Translations under genes and position numbers: made by a program
Notes under the pieces: generated by a model
Told to the model about the DNA's origin: nothing
Databases searched by the model: none
The model's input: the letters and a program-made list of their open reading frames with translations, nothing else
Shown: positions 1 through 10,808 of the stretch, piece by piece
Numbering within the stretch: the first letter of the stretch is position 1
Layout of the letters: each line of letters begins with the position of its first letter
DNA from: Setoptus koraiensis
Lineage: Eukaryota > Animalia > Arthropoda
Length of the DNA: 64,000 nucleotides
Assembly (NCBI GenBank): GCA_048013815.1
Contig: CM106585.1
Span: 15,066,001 to 15,130,000 of the forward strand
Direction of reading: 5' to 3'

Positions 1-668
1 ATAGAACAATATCAACACAAGACAGAATAACAATACACCACTAAATTTGCACACTGTACTCTTCTTATATTCACATATATATGCGCACAACATGCTCACA
101 TAGTACAGAGAACAAGGCGCAGTCTTGCGCAAAAGGCACAAGTTTTGTTTTGGTTGAATGCACATTCAATTTGTTTTATTTTATCGAATTACTTCGGAAA
201 TCTTCTATGCTGATTAAACTTGTTATGCACGCTGACAACAATTTTGTACAGTTTGCCTAGACCAAATCAAAGGAGCACAATCAAACTGTCGTCTCGACTG
301 GCTTTGTGGTGGCCAACCCATACATTGTTGTTATTATTTACATTATTATTATATCAATGATTATTTATCATTAATTGTTTATGTTACATCATTTAGAGTC
401 TGGCTGCAAACACAAACTAATGCTAATGCCAGCCATCGACTCTTAAGCTGAACTCCACATCCATGTCAATCGTCATCAAGCATACACACAAACAAAGGAA
501 AAAGAAAAAACCGCAAACAGTCAAGATACAATCATAATGACGCGCAATTTACTATGAGGGAAAGATAATTTTGTTCAACTATGTCACTGATGAATCCTGT
601 TCACTGAGTCACGACACAGCGAGATACGGATTTTTTACTCTTCGTCTCTCTCTCTCTCTCGCTGGGCC

Positions 669-3416
669 ATGGAATTCGGAACAGGCAGTTCGCCGAACAG
701 TCGCTTGCAGTTGCAACCTGTGACGTGGTTGCAAAAAATAGCGCTTTATGTCACTAAGAGTCGCTATTATCTAGTTGGCTCCAATAATACCCAAACGGCC
801 TTCAAGACTTTGAAAATTGATAGAACAGACAATGAATTGAATATAATCGATGACAATATTGAATATTCTCTACACGAGATGCGAGATCTACTTCTCAGAA
901 TAGATCATGGCAACAAAACATCTGCTAAATCTTCCGGAGTAACAAAAAATGTATCCGCTTTTGGATTATTGGGCTTTGTTCGATTTCTCAACGGCTACTA
1001 TCTTATTCTTATTATTAAAAGACGAAAAGTTGCCACTATCGGATATCACAGTGTCTATAAGATCGAGGACACCAGGATGATATACATTCCAAATTTTCCG
1101 CCCACCGAACATACAGCCGAGGAAGCTCGTTATGTGAAAACATTTAACAATATTGATCTCACTAGCAACTTTTATTTCAGTTACTCATATGACCTGTCTC
1201 ATACTATTCAATTTAATCTCGCCTCAATCAGTAGAAGATTTCTCATCGAATTAAGCAAATCTGCTAAGGAGATGGATGAGCTCAAATTTGTTCTTGATGA
1301 CTCAACAGAAAGTCAAACTAATCCAATGTTGGTTAAAACACGGCCCAATTATCGGTTCATTTGGAACTCAAGACTTATTGATGTAGAAGGACTCCACTCG
1401 GATTGGAAGATATATCTTATTCACGGCTTTGTTGGACAAGCTAATATATGTGTCTACAGTAAACCGTTGTACATTACCCTCATAGCAAGACGATCTCAAA
1501 AATATTCTGGCACTCGTTTTCTCAAGAGAGGATTGAATTGTGATGGTGATGTTGCTAATGAAGTTGAAACGGAGCAGATAGTTCACGATGCGTCTTTGTC
1601 TAGCTTCGATAAAAGCTACTACACCTCCTTTGTTCAAGTTAGAGGATCTATACCTGACAGATGGTCTCAAGATGTTTCGAAAATGGTGCCCAAACCACCG
1701 ATCAACAGAGATTTCATCGATCCCTATTGTCATGCAGCGGGCAAACACTTTAACGATCTCATGAAAAGATATGGAACTCCGATAGTGGTATTGAATTTAA
1801 TCAAAAGAAAAGAAAAGAAACCACATGAGAGCCTTCTGCACCCTGTGTTACATGAAACCATCGAGTATCTCAATCAATTCATACCGCCTCAGCATATGAT
1901 CAGGCACATCGGCTTCGACATGGCAAGATGCAACAAGTCAAAGGATGCTAATGTTATGAACAGATTAGGGAAAATTGGTTTCAATATAGTCAGAGTGACC
2001 GGCATATATCAAAGTTGGAAATCAGCCAAAAAGACAAATACTTTTGATAATAATTATTCTCTACAGTTACGTCAGAGGACCTTCAATCGTGCACCGAGCT
2101 CATCACAAATAGGTGGTTACAGGTTGAGCAATGGACAATGCTTGCAGAACGGAATAGTGAGAGTCAATTGTGTCGACAGTCTAGACAGAACAAATACAGC
2201 TCAGTTTGTTTTAGGTAAGGTAGCATTGGCATTCCAGTTGCAAGCGCTCGGTGTGTTAATTGAACCAATACTGGAATATGATACCGACGCTGTTAGATTA
2301 TTAGAGCAACTTTATGAAGATCATGGCGACACTATCGCCTTACAGTACGGTGGATCTCAGTTAGTACATAGAATTAGGACCTATCGAAAGATAGCTCCAA
2401 TATCATCACAATCTGGCGAGATAATGCAAACACTATCTCGCTACTATAGTAACACATTTTCTGATGCCGAAAAGCAGAATGCAATCAATCTATTACTTGG
2501 ATTCTATCAACCCTTGCCATCGCCAGGAAAACATTTGTGGAATCTCACCACTGACTATTACCTTCACAATAAGGCTATGAGTAAACCTTTCAACCTCGTC
2601 GATAGGGATAGACCCTATACTCAATGGTGGGAAAGAAAAGTTTTGGATTGTTTACCTAGAGCTTACGATGAAGTCCACAAAGATAAATACTGCTTCTTAG
2701 TCTCTACGAATAGAAATCTAATGTCAGAATCAGAGCGCAAAGATTTCTACGAGGAGGCATATAGATGTTTTGAATTCACAATATGGGGAGGTTTGTTATC
2801 ATTCAAGATGTTATGCACTATAAAGGACTTCATGCCAAATTTTTCCACTCAATTCAGCCCTTTTTGTATCAGAGTGAGACCCGGGCCCCACAAAGAAAGA
2901 TATTTTCATTCTCCCACTCTGGGTACATTACCTCCAAATCCATCGATTTGTATATCGTCCACCTCTAGTAGTCCGAGCGAGCTATCTCTTGATTCGGATC
3001 AAGAAGGAAGTGATTTTGACAATTTAAGTAGCTATCCAAAGTTGTTATCAGATAAAAGTAACACGTCACGCTTATACCGCAGTCGACCAGAAACTGTGAT
3101 TTTTACGGAGTCAACATGCGAGACTATTACACCTGCCGAGGTGTATGGCGAAATTATCACTGGGCCAAATTTAGATGATATCACTCTGTACGATAGATAT
3201 GTAAGATTAGGTGCATATTCGGATAATCATAGACGATCTAACTCGAATGAATCGTCACCAACCCTCAACGATACACAGCACCATCGTCAAATAGTCGATT
3301 TTGATTTCTTTTATTCGTCAAGTATTTTCGAAAAGCACACAGAACCCTTCAAGTATGAATCCATAACACCCAGTGATATTAAATCTTTCAATGAATATGT
3401 TAGTTACGTCATGTGA
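669..3416 (+). CDS. FIG4: Polyphosphoinositide phosphatase FIG4 (SAC domain), single exon, 915 aa
   Basis: Uninterrupted ORF with SAC-family motifs GTRFLKRG, VANEVETEQI, FVQVRGSIP and the catalytic loop RVNCVDSLDRTN. LYEDHGDTIALQYGGSQLVH and SRYYSNTFSDAEKQNAINL are FIG4-type segments. Confidence 0.96.
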   Translation: MEFGTGSSPNSRLQLQPVTWLQKIALYVTKSRYYLVGSNNTQTAFKTLKIDRTDNELNIIDDNIEYSLHEMRDLLLRIDHGNKTSAKSSGVTKNVSAFGLLGFVRFLNGYYLILIIKRRKVATIGYHSVYKIEDTRMIYIPNFPPTEHTAEEARYVKTFNNIDLTSNFYFSYSYDLSHTIQFNLASISRRFLIELSKSAKEMDELKFVLDDSTESQTNPMLVKTRPNYRFIWNSRLIDVEGLHSDWKIYLIHGFVGQANICVYSKPLYITLIARRSQKYSGTRFLKRGLNCDGDVANEVETEQIVHDASLSSFDKSYYTSFVQVRGSIPDRWSQDVSKMVPKPPINRDFIDPYCHAAGKHFNDLMKRYGTPIVVLNLIKRKEKKPHESLLHPVLHETIEYLNQFIPPQHMIRHIGFDMARCNKSKDANVMNRLGKIGFNIVRVTGIYQSWKSAKKTNTFDNNYSLQLRQRTFNRAPSSSQIGGYRLSNGQCLQNGIVRVNCVDSLDRTNTAQFVLGKVALAFQLQALGVLIEPILEYDTDAVRLLEQLYEDHGDTIALQYGGSQLVHRIRTYRKIAPISSQSGEIMQTLSRYYSNTFSDAEKQNAINLLLGFYQPLPSPGKHLWNLTTDYYLHNKAMSKPFNLVDRDRPYTQWWERKVLDCLPRAYDEVHKDKYCFLVSTNRNLMSESERKDFYEEAYRCFEFTIWGGLLSFKMLCTIKDFMPNFSTQFSPFCIRVRPGPHKERYFHSPTLGTLPPNPSICISSTSSSPSELSLDSDQEGSDFDNLSSYPKLLSDKSNTSRLYRSRPETVIFTESTCETITPAEVYGEIITGPNLDDITLYDRYVRLGAYSDNHRRSNSNESSPTLNDTQHHRQIVDFDFFYSSSIFEKHTEPFKYESITPSDIKSFNEYVSYVM

Positions 3417-3883
3417 AGTGTATATCAATCGATTACCAAATATATGATATCATTCTTGGTGATGTGACCTGTCAACTAGTCGGAAATCATGATGATTCAA
3501 TTCTCTCAGTCCGGATCGCAGATTACATTAATATTTTCTACTAGTCATACCTAGATATTTATTGAATGTATGTAGTTATCGGACAAAATGAGTTGTATTA
3601 ATTTACTATCGCAAGTCATATGTACATATTAGATTGCGAAACAATGTAATATGCCTAGTAACTTGATACTCCATTAAATATCTATTGCTGCATGACGCAT
3701 AAATTGTATTTGACTGATAGCTCAAATGATGAATGAAATGACATGTTGATTGGTTAATTGATTGAACAACCAATGGTGTTAATAGTGTCGCATAGACCCC
3801 ATATATAGGGCTGTTTATATTATTGATCATTGGAGATTTAGTTTCTGAAAGAAATTGTAGTTGTCGATCAAGATTCGTTAACA

Positions 3884-4543
3884 ATGAGTTTAGGTAGAGT
3901 CTTAATGAGCCCCATCTTCGGGTCTCTAGTATCTATTGCTTCAAGTTTGTTTATTCTTATGTCCTTTCCGAGGACAAGCCTTCAGCAATATGATGACACT
4001 GGATTCTCTCGAGGTAGTTGGTCCGAGAGTGCCTCTGCCAGTTCCAGTTACAACCAATATAACATTTACAATTTCAACAATCATTTTAGACCTGGCGCAC
4101 CACAACAGCAGAGTATTCCGAGTGTTTTGCCATATAACTCGTACAATCAGATTCCACCTCTCAGGCAACAGACACAACAACCGTACCCCCAACCGCAACC
4201 AAATTATCCTAATAATAATGGGTACAACTATCTTCCAGATGATGCTGAAGATTTAGACCAAAGATATCCAAATAGATATCCACCAACAAATCAAGTACCT
4301 CCAAATCAATATCCGAATCCTCCATACCAACAACAGCCTCCTTACTACCCGCCATATCAACCGTATCCGCCCTATCAGCCAACACAGCCACCTACCACGC
4401 AACCTCCTACGAGCGACCAGTCAAGTCAATCAAATCAATCACAACCGGCTCAGCCCATAGGTTACCTGTTGGTCAATACTAAGACAGGGTGCTTCGGCAA
4501 ACAAACTCAAACACCTCTGGCATTTTTTCGGACAGCACCTTGA
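3884..4543 (+). CDS. Pro/Gln/Tyr/Asn-rich protein, probably secreted; 5' end uncertain
   Basis: 219-aa ORF with an N-terminal hydrophobic stretch, then YPPYQP/QPP repeats. The strong, coherent composition bias suggests coding. No family recognised. Confidence 0.6.
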   Translation: MSLGRVLMSPIFGSLVSIASSLFILMSFPRTSLQQYDDTGFSRGSWSESASASSSYNQYNIYNFNNHFRPGAPQQQSIPSVLPYNSYNQIPPLRQQTQQPYPQPQPNYPNNNGYNYLPDDAEDLDQRYPNRYPPTNQVPPNQYPNPPYQQQPPYYPPYQPYPPYQPTQPPTTQPPTSDQSSQSNQSQPAQPIGYLLVNTKTGCFGKQTQTPLAFFRTAP

Positions 4544-7500
4544 TTTACATCTGTCAGTTAGTGCGAGTGAGCAATATAAGGTGTGTCTCTTATCTCAAAT
4601 ATACTCTATTGTTCTATTGATGTTCTCTTGCCTTAACCTGTCTCTTTCTGTCAGTCAAACTAGATCTTTCTCTAAGCTTGTTTTTTCCAACTATACTTGA
4701 TCATTCGCAATAGTGGCACTTGATGAACACTAGACAACTATACAATGCATAATATGGCGCTAGAACTTGTAGCAGAACAAGAAAGTGACTCTTACAGAAA
4801 GTCACTCGTTGGTCAACATAATTGGGCCTTGAGAGTGAATTGTTGCATTCATTGCATCAGTGATAAGAGTGATGGTAGCGATGGTAATAAATCGTTGCTT
4901 CCGGAGAGTGCCGCCCTTATTCACAGTGTAAAGTTCAGATAATAGCTACTGTATGCAAGTGTCGTATATACTATATGGTATATGATTCATGTAATAACGA
5001 TGTACTGGTGAAGGTGAGATGGCGCGAAAAGTTACGTACTTTGTAGAAGGATGATGGATCGTCATACTTGATTGAACTATTGAAAGCAATTGTTGGCCAC
5101 TTGTTATTGTATTGTTGTTAACAAGTTCCCCATGTATCAGTAGCCATGTCAGCGTTGTTGCATTATATAATCTATCTATACAATTGACTAATGTAGTAAC
5201 AATAACAGAAAAATAGAAATAATAATAATGATCTAGAGAACGTTTTATGGTGGTATAAGTATTGTTGCAACGGCGGATAAAACTGGTCGATTGCCGCCTG
5301 TTGCGTCCTGCCATAGATTCAGACAGAAGTGAATCGGGCATTCGATGAAGTTCACACTCCAGCGATCAAATGATAGTTGAACGAGATTCGGACGATAAGG
5401 CCGGCGCGTCAAGTGTTTCTTTCTCGGAATTCGAATGTTGTGCACCTGTTCTCATACACAGATAATACTCGTGAGTGCATGATATGAATGGAACGAGCAA
5501 CAGCAGCGGCAAACGAAAATCTGTTTCTCTCTCTCTCACATGAGAAACGTACACATGCACACTTTCGAATCGTACACAAGCACTCTAGCGTAACGATGCC
5601 AAATGTGTGCTTGTGTATGGATAAATAAAAAAATGATGATTAACGATTAATGCATTATTGCATGCATAAGTCAAGTGCTTGTGTGGCATCTGACGGTGCT
5701 TGTTGATATACTGCGAGTGTGTGTGTTTGTATATATTCAGTGTGGCCATAGCTGTAGGAAAGGCGGCCATAACCTAAAAGAGAAACAGATGAGATTGGGT
5801 TGAGAGAAGGCTTCGCATCTTATATCTCATTCGCTATATTTGCCTTCTTTCACCATGTTGACATGTTACTTTTGTCCATACTATGGAGTCCACAGTGCAA
5901 ACACACACACACCAGCTAGCCCTATTATGATGATTACGTTAATCTAGCAGAACACAAGCAGTAAGAGGCAGCATCAGCTCGATTCTCGGAACTTGAGACT
6001 CCAATAAGAAGACGGCCACTAAGGAGAAGATTGAGAGATTTAGCTTAAGTTTAATGTAGTAATACTCAATGTACAAAAACAACCGCCACCAATTGTATAA
6101 CGTTATTAGTACTGAGTCACAAACAAACACAGAGGAACCTCGCTAGATAAACACGCCAATGTGGCAAGCATATTGCGGCTTCTCTTCTCACCTAAACACC
6201 ATTTAGCTTCGCTAGTATAGATGTGGTGTGTGTTTGCAAAGAAAACATGAGCTTACAACATTGCCAACAGTAACAGCTTGTGTGTGTGTATCGTCAAGCC
6301 CAAATAACGTAACATGCAACGTGACGTATGGAGGAAGTAACGAGTGAACAGGCAGAAAAAACAATTCTATCCGTTGTTTCCTTTCGTCATCGTGTGTGTG
6401 AGTGTGCTTGCAAGTAACCACATACCGCTAATACAAACAAGAAACCATATCGAATGGCCGACTTTAATTCTATAAAACTCTAATTATTATTATCATTATT
6501 GCCAATAATTGCCGCCACTGTTTTTTCTCTATCTACAATGGATGTTAAACGAGAACGATGCTTATCACGGCAACAACTACAACAATAGCAGCAAAAGCAA
6601 CAGCCACAGCAATAGCAGCAACAAGAGCAATAGTGGCAACAACAACAAGTGCACTTTTCGGCATTGCCAGCCAGCAGCAATTCTTTTTATTGTTGACGAC
6701 AGTTAATTGTTAAAACAAAAAACAACAACAACAACAAAATTATCAATTCATCATCCATTCATTCGCCAACAGGATCCACAAGCCATTGCCAGAAACAATT
6801 ACATTTACGTTTACAATTATAAATCATATTTATATTCTCTGCTATTTTTGTGTGAGTGTACGGCTAATTAGAATCAACTTGCTGGTGCAGCAACTTTCAT
6901 ATGGAACGAGAGTTCGATTTACCTCACTGAACGTCACCATTATCACCAGCACACACCAGCACAAATGAATGCGCACGCCCAGGTACAGCGCATGGAATGA
7001 GCGAGCAGGCGAGAGAGACAGAGGAAAGAATTCGAAAATCGAACTATCATCCTCCCACAGTACACGTTCATTAATAATCCATGTCGAATCGTCGTTTGAA
7101 TTGTCAGCCCACGGCCATTGCTCATTGTATTGTATCATCGCACCAATGTGATCGCCGTATTTATCATTATTATCATTTGTAAATTTATTTTATTTATCAA
7201 TTATTTACCAACGTAAATTTATCGGCCAGCGGACAAGCAAGCGCGGCCAAAATTTGGACAAATTATTGAAATACGTGGACCAAATAGTAAGAAAGAGGAC
7301 CAATCGCAATAGCAGGACCAATCATTGATCTCTAGGCGGCAATAATCAATTGGAACAAATGTGATTAGCAAATGATTAGCCGATGATTTTTTAACACGGC
7401 TAGGCAATACTTCTAATACTGCACTTGCTGCTGCACTTGCAAACTTTTATTAAACCCCCTTCACGGGCCACACTACAACAGATAGTACCGTGGTTCAACA

Positions 7501-7868
7501 GGCGATCAAGTAACCTTGTGGAATATTTTCTAGTTATCGATATTTATCAATTCATATCACTTTCGTAACACAGAAGCAACAGCAGCACCTTACTATAGTT
7601 ATTGCACTATTATTTACCAGATAATAATGTAACTCTATGTTATTATTTATGTAACGATCATCATCATCATTGGCAATAAGCAATAGTCATATCAATCAAG
7701 CAGCCGATAGCTTTCTACAAGCACCCATTACGCTAATAGCAACAATTATGCAATCAATATCATATCAGTTGCACAATATTACTGTACTAGTAAACTGCTT
7801 AAGGTGCCTATGTAAAACAAACAACAGCACTGCATAACACATCAAGTAATCCTAGTAACTACAAAATT

Positions 7869-10578
7869 ATGGTAACTAAGAAGATTCAATGTGCTAAATG
7901 CAGAAAAAAGTGCTCGGGAAATGTTCTTCGTTATCAGGAACGTTATTACCATAGACACTGCTTTGATTTAGATGAAGATAAAAAACAATCATCAACAAAC
8001 AATTTACAATTGCCATCAAGCCAAAGTAACAGCATTACTAGTGTAGACAAAATGTACAACAACAGTAATATCGCAACAAACAATAACATCTATACTAAAG
8101 GAGACACAATGAGCTCCAAATTCAACAACCAATCTAGCAACTACTCCACCAACAACTCAAATAAGTCACCAATCAATAGCACTATTTCTACAATGAACGG
8201 CTCCGTAGATATAAGAAGACCAAGTAAGTTATCCATGTTCTGTTTGTAAAAATTTTAATCATATTAGTTGTTTTTATTGTTTAAAGCAAACAACAGGTAG
8301 AACCTCGTGATACTAACCTCGTTATATTTCATACATTTGTGAACAAAGATTGTGCAGGCTGCCGAGAACTCATACAAGATGGTCAAGCTTTGATTGCTTT
8401 AGATACGCAGTGGCATGTGTGGTGCTTGTAAGTAATCAAGATAGTAGTTACATAGTATTTCCGAAGCTAGTTATTGAGAACTTCCTTTTGACCTTTCCAA
8501 TTTGTTTATTCAACCTTTAAATTTCATTCATGTCGTTCCCGAAATAGCAAATGCACCAAATGTTCCACTGTTTTGCATGGCGAATATGTAGCCAAGGAAG
8601 GACAACCCTACTGTGAGAAAGACTATCAGAAGCTTTTTGGTGTATCCTGTGTTCATTGTAAGCGTTATATAACAGGAAAAGTTTTGCAAGCAGGCGAAAA
8701 TCATCATTTTCATCCTAGTTGCGCAAGATGTTCAAAATGTGGCGACCCTTTTGTACCGGGAGAAGAAATGTACTTACAAGGCGAGGTCATTTGGCACCCC
8801 CGTTGTGGACCTGGACCAGACTCTAATATAGAAGATATTATAGTTGAAAATGCGTTATATGATGTCACTCAGGTAATATATCAACTCTACACATTTTTTT
8901 TATGCCTGTTTCTCTTTTTAGATGGCGATGAAATGCAATTTTCTTGACATGCCTGATTGCTTGACATTATAGAAAACTAATTGCTATGCCATAAATTTTA
9001 TTTTTATTATTTTATTGTCATTAAATCACAATGCATCCCTAACCTAATTGATTGCATCAGTATCGTAATAATGGAAATCATTCTCCAAGCTTGTCCAGTG
9101 GGAGATCTAGATCCGCTAGTCCATACAGTTTTATGTCACGTCAGGTTAGTTGATAGTGTGATGCATCCACTCAATAAGTACTAAGTATGATTCTCGTATT
9201 CTAATAATTGAAAACTTCATTAATGAATATAATTTTAATTTAACTAATTTTTTAGCATGGACGATCGCTATCTGGATTCTCTGAAAGTGAACCTCTAGGT
9301 GATTTATCTCGTATTTATACATGCAGCTATTTGACATCGGGACCATCTCAGAGTTATCTCAGACGCCCGATTGAGCCTAATCCCCCCAAGTCGCCGCAAT
9401 TCTCTCGACCAATGAATCTATCAACCCGAAGCCAGTCGAATAGGTCAAGATCTTCATCAAGGTCCGGTTTCAGGGATCGTTCACTCCCACGCACAGGTAT
9501 GAACTCTATGTTGGACAATCTAAGATCGACATCGCCAAGACCAAGATCGCCCACATCGCATAATGATGAACCTATAGAACTATCTCAGTACCCAGCTGGC
9601 CAGAGGCCTCTACCCGACGATGTTGCCAAAATTGAGCGCGATGATTTTCCCGCGCCGCCGTTCCCCTATACTGATGACAGACACAAACGTGGTAATAGTA
9701 CATCGAGATTATTGTCTGAGCAAGTAAAACCAAGTTCAAAGTCATCATTTTTATCCAAAAGTAACGGCACCATGAATATTGATGATTCTGATGACGATGA
9801 CGATTCAAATGAAGATCCACAACTGAAAAGAGAAGAAGAAGAATTGTCGAAAATTGCCTCAGGTATTGGAAAAATATTTCTAAAGACTGTGAAAGAACGA
9901 GAAAGATTCAGAGCTTGGAAGAGGGCCAACCTCGATCCGAGAGCTTCCTCTCGAACACCATCAGCTGTGAGAGAATCGTCGACCCATAGAATACCTAGAA
10001 GTTCTTCCCCATCTAGAGATATCGACAGACAGAGGTCGTGGGAGAATGATAATCAAGAAGGAGACCACCATACAAGTAGTCAAGCATTACACCAGCATCC
10101 AGCAAGAAGTTCATTCGGTAGAAGTCAATTAAGCTCTTTGAATAATTACAGAATCGCATCCTCATCTATAGGCATAGATCAAAAGTCAACTGGCTACAGT
10201 GTTCAGAATGCGAATAAGTCCTCGTATGCAAACTATTCAGAAAAAAATCAAAGCAACGATGTCTTGAATCGAGCGAATCCCCATCATTATGAAGTGAATA
10301 ATGCCTCCAAGGCCAGATCCGTATCTAGCAGCCAAATTAGACGTTCGATGCCCAATGTCAATTTTCATCTTCACAATGATCAGCCGCCAAAACTGTACCC
10401 TTATCACTTATTGATTACATCCAATTACAGGCTACCACCTGATATTGATAGATGTCATCTTGAACGCCACTTGTCGAACGAAGAGTTTCAATATATATTC
10501 CATTGCGATCGTTTGGATTTTTATCGAATGCCAGAATGGAAGAGAAACGAACTAAAGCGACGTGCCAAGTTATTTTAG
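7869..10578 (+). CDS. unc-115: Actin-binding LIM protein (abLIM/UNC-115 family). Exons 7869-8223, 8349-8427, 8548-8872, 9061-9144, 9256-10578; 721 aa
   Basis: The GT-AG joins restore LIM domains CAGC..WHVWCFKCTKC..YCEKDY and CVHC..FHPSCARCSKC..WHPRC. The C-terminus is a villin headpiece (ERHLSNEEF..WKRNELKRRAKLF). Exon lengths sum to 2,166 nt, in frame. Exon 9061-9144 is the least certain. Confidence 0.92.
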
Positions 10579-10808
10579 ATAAGATTTGCAGATAGTATTT
10601 ATACACATATTATAATTATTATACATATATCATGCAACTTTTTTGCTGTGTGAGAATCTCGAATCTTCTAAAAATAAAACACAAGAATACTAGACTTTAC
10701 AAGAGGCGATTCAGTCGGACCAAATCAACTGTTCGGTTCCCAATCTAAGTTGACACACTATTTCGATTCTCTTCCGCAACGCATGTCAATCAAACGTTAC
10801 TGTATAAT

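Noticed and set aside
4745-7400. Short ORFs and splice-like sites between the Pro-rich gene and abLIM
   Set aside because: No conserved domain, and trial splices gave short or stop-interrupted peptides. Probably UTR or regulatory DNA.
8922-8947. Acceptor ttttag| at 8922 as an extra abLIM exon
   Set aside because: Use in phase 0 leads to a stop within 17 codons, whereas skipping to 9061 keeps the frame.
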